From: Deltaproteobacteria bacterium
GTDB taxonomy: Bacteria; Desulfobacterota; Desulfarculia; JACQYL01
Length of the DNA stretch: 64,000 nt
NCBI GenBank assembly: GCA_016208165.1
Contig: JACQYL010000024.1
Span: 3,234 to 67,233, forward strand
Reading direction: 5' to 3'
A program made the position numbers and the translations under genes. The notes beneath the pieces were generated by a model, which saw only the letters and a program-made list of their open reading frames with translations, was not told where the DNA came from and ran no database searches. Below are positions 59,487 through 64,000 of the stretch, in pieces (position 1 is the first letter of the stretch; every line of letters begins with the position of its first letter).

Positions 59487-61417
59487 GCCGGGGTTCGTTC
59501 ATAAATCGAGTAGGGGGGTTCCTTGCGGTTCCCCCCTCTCACACCACCGGGCATACCTGCTCGGTACCACGGCGGTTTCCGTTAGATGTAAGCTTCAGAT
59601 ACCTTGTGTTCAGGTTGACGAGCCCCTGCTTGTCGAACCAGTCGTTGGTCATGGCGTGGCACGCCTGTGGCGTCAGAGACTTGCGCCACCAACCTTTGCC
59701 GGACAGCGCCATTATCCAGGAGCTCCACTCCGGCACTCCGCGCTCCATCAGGAATTTTGCAATGGCGAAGGCTCGTTTGCATTGTTTCAATCTGAAGCAA
59801 CGCAGTTTGCGCCTTATCCACGCATCCAGGTTCCTAAACTGCTTCCGGTGGATTGCCAGTTGGAAGTAGGTCACCCAGCCGGTCAGGAACTCGTTAAGCT
59901 TCCTGATGCACTCATCAAACGGCATGGACCGGTTTCTCCGCGTCAGTTCGCGTATCCGTGCCTTGGCCCGCTTCATGCTTTGGGGGGCAATCACAAGCCG
60001 CCCTTCTGCATGGAGTCGGTAGCCGAGAAACTTGCGTTCCGACACGTGGGCCACCGCACTTTTTATCCGGTTCACCCGCAGCTTAAGTCGCGTCTCCAAG
60101 AACCGTGTGATGGATTCCATAACCCGCTCTCCCGCCGCCGGGCTTTGGACGTAGATGTTGCAGTCGTCAGCATAGCGGCAGAAGCAGTGTCCCCTCCTCT
60201 CAAGTTCCTTGTCCAGGTCATCGAGCAGGAGATTCGCCAATATCGGCGATAATGGCCCCCCCTGCGGCGTCCCTTCGTACCGGGTCACACATACCCCATT
60301 TGTCATTATTCCCGCAGTCAAAAACCGCCGGATAATCCTTAGCAGACGTTTGTCGCCGATGCGGCGGGCGAGCCTCGACATCAGGATGTCGTGGTTGACA
60401 CGGTCGAAGAACTTCTCCAGATCGCAATCCACGACTATGGTGCGGCCCTGTTCCACATACCGGCTTGCCTGCGTCAGGGCGTCATGTGCTCCCCTTCCAG
60501 GACGGAATCCGTAACTGGATTCGGAAAAGGTGGGATCAAGGATTGGTGTCAACACTTGCAGGATCGCCTGCTGGATCACCCGGTCCACCGTAGTCGGAAT
60601 GCCCAATTGCCGCATTCCCCCGCCAGGTTTGGGGATGTCAACCCGCTTTATGGGTTGCGGCTTGTAACTGCCGTCCATGAGCGAGGCGATCAGCTCGTCC
60701 TTGTTCGTCCTTAGCCAGTCCCCCAGCTCATGGACGCACAACCCGTCCACGCCCGGCGACCCTTTGTTGGCTTTGACGCGCTGGTAGGCCTTGTTGAGGT
60801 TTGCCGGGCGGCAAATCCTCTCCATAAGGTTCTGCGCCAAGGCTCGTCCTTCGCTCAATGCCGTGGGAACTCGCTGCTCCCCGTGCGCGCCAGGTCCGGT
60901 TCCGCCTTCGCCGGTTGCGCCGGGGCCTCGGGACAGCGGCTCTGCAAAAAGTTCGAGCTGCCGCTGCGGCCCTGTTTGCTGCCTCCTCGCTCCCATCGAA
61001 ACTCGCGTGACTGCTCCTTGCTATAACGGATTCGGCCCTTCAGCCGCCAAAGGCGCGGCCTACTATGGCCTCTGCTGACTTCTCCGCGCCCGTCCCGGCA
61101 CATCGCTGTACCGGTAGCCGGGAATCGACCCGGCAGATGCGGAGACCTCCCAGGGTAAGGCGTGACTCTTTCCTCCGGCCCTCGCCGGATTTACCTGCGC
61201 ACGCGTCCGGGTGATTATCGGGCCTCCCCGTCCAATGCCGGGTTACCCCGCTGCGCCGGCCTTACTATCCGGTTTCTGTTCGTCGAGTCCGGGCTTTGCC
61301 TCCGGCTTCCTTCAGACCCCGCCTCGCGACGACGCCCTTGCCATTGGCTAACGCTTCCGATCACCACGGCCCGTAGAGGACTTGCACCTCATAAGATTCA
61401 CGCCATGCCTGGCACAC
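59487..61417 (-). mobile_element. Bacterial group II intron (antisense to the flanking operon); boundaries approximate (+/-30 nt)
   Basis: Encodes a reverse transcriptase/maturase. Candidate 5' GUGUG at 61417-61413. Candidate domain V hairpin (GGGGGGAACC-GCAA-GGAACCCCCC with 2x2 internal loop and GNRA loop) near 59500-59535. Confidence 0.65.
59539..60825 (-). CDS. Group II intron-encoded reverse transcriptase/maturase (no obvious HNH endonuclease domain)
   Basis: RT motifs incl. YADD and domain X. Start set at MERICRPANLNKAYQRVKANKGSPGVDG. Confidence 0.85.
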   Translation of the reverse strand: MERICRPANLNKAYQRVKANKGSPGVDGLCVHELGDWLRTNKDELIASLMDGSYKPQPIKRVDIPKPGGGMRQLGIPTTVDRVIQQAILQVLTPILDPTFSESSYGFRPGRGAHDALTQASRYVEQGRTIVVDCDLEKFFDRVNHDILMSRLARRIGDKRLLRIIRRFLTAGIMTNGVCVTRYEGTPQGGPLSPILANLLLDDLDKELERRGHCFCRYADDCNIYVQSPAAGERVMESITRFLETRLKLRVNRIKSAVAHVSERKFLGYRLHAEGRLVIAPQSMKRAKARIRELTRRNRSMPFDECIRKLNEFLTGWVTYFQLAIHRKQFRNLDAWIRRKLRCFRLKQCKRAFAIAKFLMERGVPEWSSWIMALSGKGWWRKSLTPQACHAMTNDWFDKQGLVNLNTRYLKLTSNGNRRGTEQVCPVV

Positions 61418-61424
61418 AAATATA

Positions 61425-61460
61425 GGGGCGCCGGATCCAATCCGGCGTCCCTTTTTTCTT
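61425..61460 (+). terminator. Rho-independent terminator displaced from the DUF39/NIL-Fd operon by the intron
   Basis: GGGGCGCCGG-ATCCAAT-CCGGCGTCCC followed by TTTTTTCTTT. Directly abuts the intron 5' end. Confidence 0.6.
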
Positions 61461-61584
61461 TCCCTGAGCAAGATGATAGGGTAGAACACGTCTCCGAAAA
61501 TCCGGCAATGTTTTACCGATTCGACTGTCTGCTCGAAAGCATGGAAGTCTTGGAGCCACCATCGAATGAGTATAAGGAGAGCCT

Positions 61585-62409
61585 ATGAGCCTGTTCAGCG
61601 TCGACGAAGCGAAATGCAAAAGGGATGGAATATGCGTCGCCGAGTGCCCCATGCGCATCATCGAACTCAAGGACGCGGAATCGACCCCAAGCCCCAGCAG
61701 CGATGCCGAGGAACTGTGTATTAACTGCGGGCATTGCGTGGCGGTGTGTCCCCATGGCGCGCTTTCCCTGACGACCATGCCCGTCGAAGCATGTCCACCG
61801 GTTAGAAAGGAATGGCTTCTCGACGAGGAGCAGGCCGAGCATTTCCTGCGCTACCGGCGATCCATCCGCATATACAAAAATGAGCCCGTGGACCGCAGCG
61901 TGATTCAGAGACTGATCGACGTGGCCAGGTTCGCTCCGTCAGGCCACAACGCACAACCCGTGCGCTGGCTGGTCATCTATGACAGCCGGGAAGTCCAACG
62001 CCTCGCGGGGCTCTGTATCGATTGGATGCGGTTCGTGATAAAGGAACAACCGGCTTTCGCCAAAATGCTCCACATGGATCGGGTGGTGGGGCGTTGGGAG
62101 GAAGGATTCGACCCGATTTGCCGTAGCGCGCCGCATGTGATTGTGGCGCATGCCGAAAAGCAGAACCGGGCCGCTCCGGTAGCCTGCACCATTGCCCTGA
62201 CCTATCTCGAGCTGGCCGTTCCCTCGTTCGGACTTGGAGCATGCTGGGCCGGTTTTCTGAATGCCGCCGCCATGTTATGGCCGCCTATGCAGGAAGCGCT
62301 GGCCCTGCCGGAAGGACACTCGAGCATGGGCGCCATGATGATCGGGTTTCCCAAGTTCAAATATCACCGGCTTCCGCAGCGAAACGAGGCCCGGATCACA
62401 TGGCGGTGA
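61585..62409 (+). CDS. Nitroreductase-family protein with N-terminal 2x[4Fe-4S] ferredoxin domain
   Basis: CKRDGICVAECP and CINCGHCVAVCP motifs plus nitroreductase fold. Confidence 0.75.
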   Translation: MSLFSVDEAKCKRDGICVAECPMRIIELKDAESTPSPSSDAEELCINCGHCVAVCPHGALSLTTMPVEACPPVRKEWLLDEEQAEHFLRYRRSIRIYKNEPVDRSVIQRLIDVARFAPSGHNAQPVRWLVIYDSREVQRLAGLCIDWMRFVIKEQPAFAKMLHMDRVVGRWEEGFDPICRSAPHVIVAHAEKQNRAAPVACTIALTYLELAVPSFGLGACWAGFLNAAAMLWPPMQEALALPEGHSSMGAMMIGFPKFKYHRLPQRNEARITWR

Positions 62410-62806
62410 GGCGAAGAGCTGGGGGATGCGCCGGGTGCGGGGAAGGATGGTTGATCGACCGGACAGCGGAATCGATGCACTCTTTTTGATGAATCGGCTT
62501 GGACCGACCCGCAACCGGATCATTGAATCCCGGAAGCCCGTCGCTTGACGACAGTCGACATGGCGATCCCTGGAGCCCTTTCCAAGAGCGTCGGTTCATG
62601 CTATAGGTGATTTCGGAAGCGGGATTTCAATGACCCGGAACCTTCACCAAGCTTTCGCCGAAGGGGTTTCTCTGTCTGCCATTCGCCGGTTGTATCTTCA
62701 ACGTCGATGCCTCGACGCGCCCAATGCCCTGATATTATCAATTTTACCGATGGCGAAGGATTTCGTTAAGTTTCCGGGATAACACTCAAGGCCTGTGAGG
62801 CAGTCT

Positions 62807-64000
62807 CATGCGTCGAACCGGTCTCCGTTTGGTATGCTTTCTTGTCCTAGCGTGGCTTTTGTCCGGCCATCCGGCCGGGGCCGACACGGTGGTCCTGCCG
62901 ATTACGGTTGAATACAACGCCATGCGCACGATTCTCGTGCATCAGATGTTCACGCTCCCCAACGAACGCGCTATGGTTTTGGACGACGGCAAAGGGTGTA
63001 ATTACATCGAGCTCGCGGAACCTCAGCTCGGCCCCGAAGGGCGTTATCTCCGCATTGCGGCCAAGATACGCGCCCGAGCGGGGCTAGCGGTTTTCTCCGA
63101 ATGTCGCGGCCCGGAAGCGTGGGAAGGTAACATCGAGTTGATCGAGCGGGTTTGGCTCGACCCGGCCAATTGGCTGCTTCGTTTCCAAACGGTGGACTCT
63201 CGTGTGTATAATCCGAATGGGGAGCGGACGGAGATCAGCCGTTTGCTCTGGGAGCTGATAAAAAAGCATGTTCACGCATACCTCGACAGGACCACTATAG
63301 ATCTGGCCCCTCCGGTGGCAGAATTGAAAAGCTTTCTTCCGATGATGGTGCAACCCGCCTCCAGAGGACGATTGAACCGGTGGCTGGAAAGTCTTCGCCC
63401 CGGCGATTTTACCGTTTCTCCCGAGGCGGTCTCGGCGGAAATCGTTATGGATGTGGGACCGATGCCTCCGGCAGGACCCAAGGCCGCGGAGGCGCCCCTG
63501 AACGCTGAAGAACTGAAACGGTTCGTTCAGGCCTGGGAGACCTGGGATGCCTTCCTGGCATACGAAATCCGGTCACTGGGCGGTCATGCCTTAACGGAAG
63601 ACGACAAACAGGCGCTTCTGGACATCCTTCTGGAAACCAGGTATCGATTCGTCGACGAACTGGGCGGCGGAAATCCTCATCGAGACCTCGTCCGGGAACA
63701 GTTCGTGTCCGTTTGGCGGAGGCTGTCTCCGATTCTCAGGAAGTATCTGAACCGGGGAGACGCCACTCACCTCTTGGGGTATTTGAGCTTTTTTTCGGCG
63801 GCGGATGCCTTGGCCGCTCTGGACAGACTGGGCCCTGCACTCGACATCGAAATCAGCCGCCGCGGATTGAGGAGACTGGCGAGACTCATCAGCGCCGAAG
63901 GATGGTCACCGAGCCTTGAATACTATTACGGCGTGGACGTCGGACTCAGGGACCTGCTGGGATTCGACCCTATCTCGGACGAGAAGGCGCCTGTAGTTCC
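62807..64000 (+). CDS. Secreted hypothetical protein (3'-partial, runs off window)
   Basis: ATG at 62807 followed by signal peptide MRRTGLRLVCFLVLAWLLSGHPAGA. Open frame continues to the window end; not in the ORF track because it has no stop. Confidence 0.55.

Noticed and set aside
59487-59540. Placing the intron 3' boundary inside the NIL-ferredoxin gene
   Set aside because: The ferredoxin C-terminus (second CxxCxxCxxxCP cluster and ...EITYDGS) looks native and complete. A candidate domain V hairpin fits in the 52-nt gap plus the IEP 3' end, so the intergenic boundary is favoured. Exact coordinate is unverified.

Overview
This 64-kb window is a high-GC (~60%) chromosomal segment from a strictly anaerobic bacterium, most consistent with a sulfate-reducing or syntrophic Deltaproteobacterium (Desulfobacterota). 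Supporting gene content: indolepyruvate:ferredoxin oxidoreductase, a 2-hydroxyacyl-CoA dehydratase-family subunit, B12-binding radical SAM enzymes, a periplasmic cytochrome c and methanogen-type homocysteine synthesis. Coding density is high and no rRNA, tRNA or CRISPR was seen. Main blocks: (1) a secreted M4-type zinc protease next to a thrombospondin-type-3 Ca-binding repeat protein; (2) a cobalamin riboswitch with its own intrinsic terminator, followed by a ThiC-like/cobT/methyltransferase/two B12-radical-SAM operon that matches the anaerobic benzimidazole lower-ligand (bza) pathway; (3) a nine-gene minus-strand catabolic cluster around a B12-dependent acyl-CoA mutase (ThDP enzyme, tiny Zn-ribbon ORF, SDR hydroxyacyl-CoA dehydrogenase, mutase large and B12 subunits, SCP-x-type thiolase plus DUF35, MeaB, corrinoid adenosyltransferase); (4) two PAS-sensor kinase / sigma-54 activator pairs bracketing a URO-D-family methyltransferase and an orphan ParA + ribbon-helix-helix pair; (5) an unusual trio of paralogous Cys/His-rich modules, two as tandem 72-aa ORFs and two more fused to a lipoyl-lysine-less GcvH-like domain; (6) AT-rich islets, one carrying a GAF-PAS-LuxR regulator; (7) a TetR / molybdopterin oxidoreductase / DUF3795 unit; (8) a CsgG-like secretion pair; (9) IorAB; (10) a DUF39 + NIL-ferredoxin homocysteine-synthesis pair with a 29-codon uORF; (11) an antisense ~1.9-kb group II intron inserted between that operon and its terminator hairpin. 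A family of conserved palindromic/intergenic motifs recurs inside the bza operon spacers and elsewhere.
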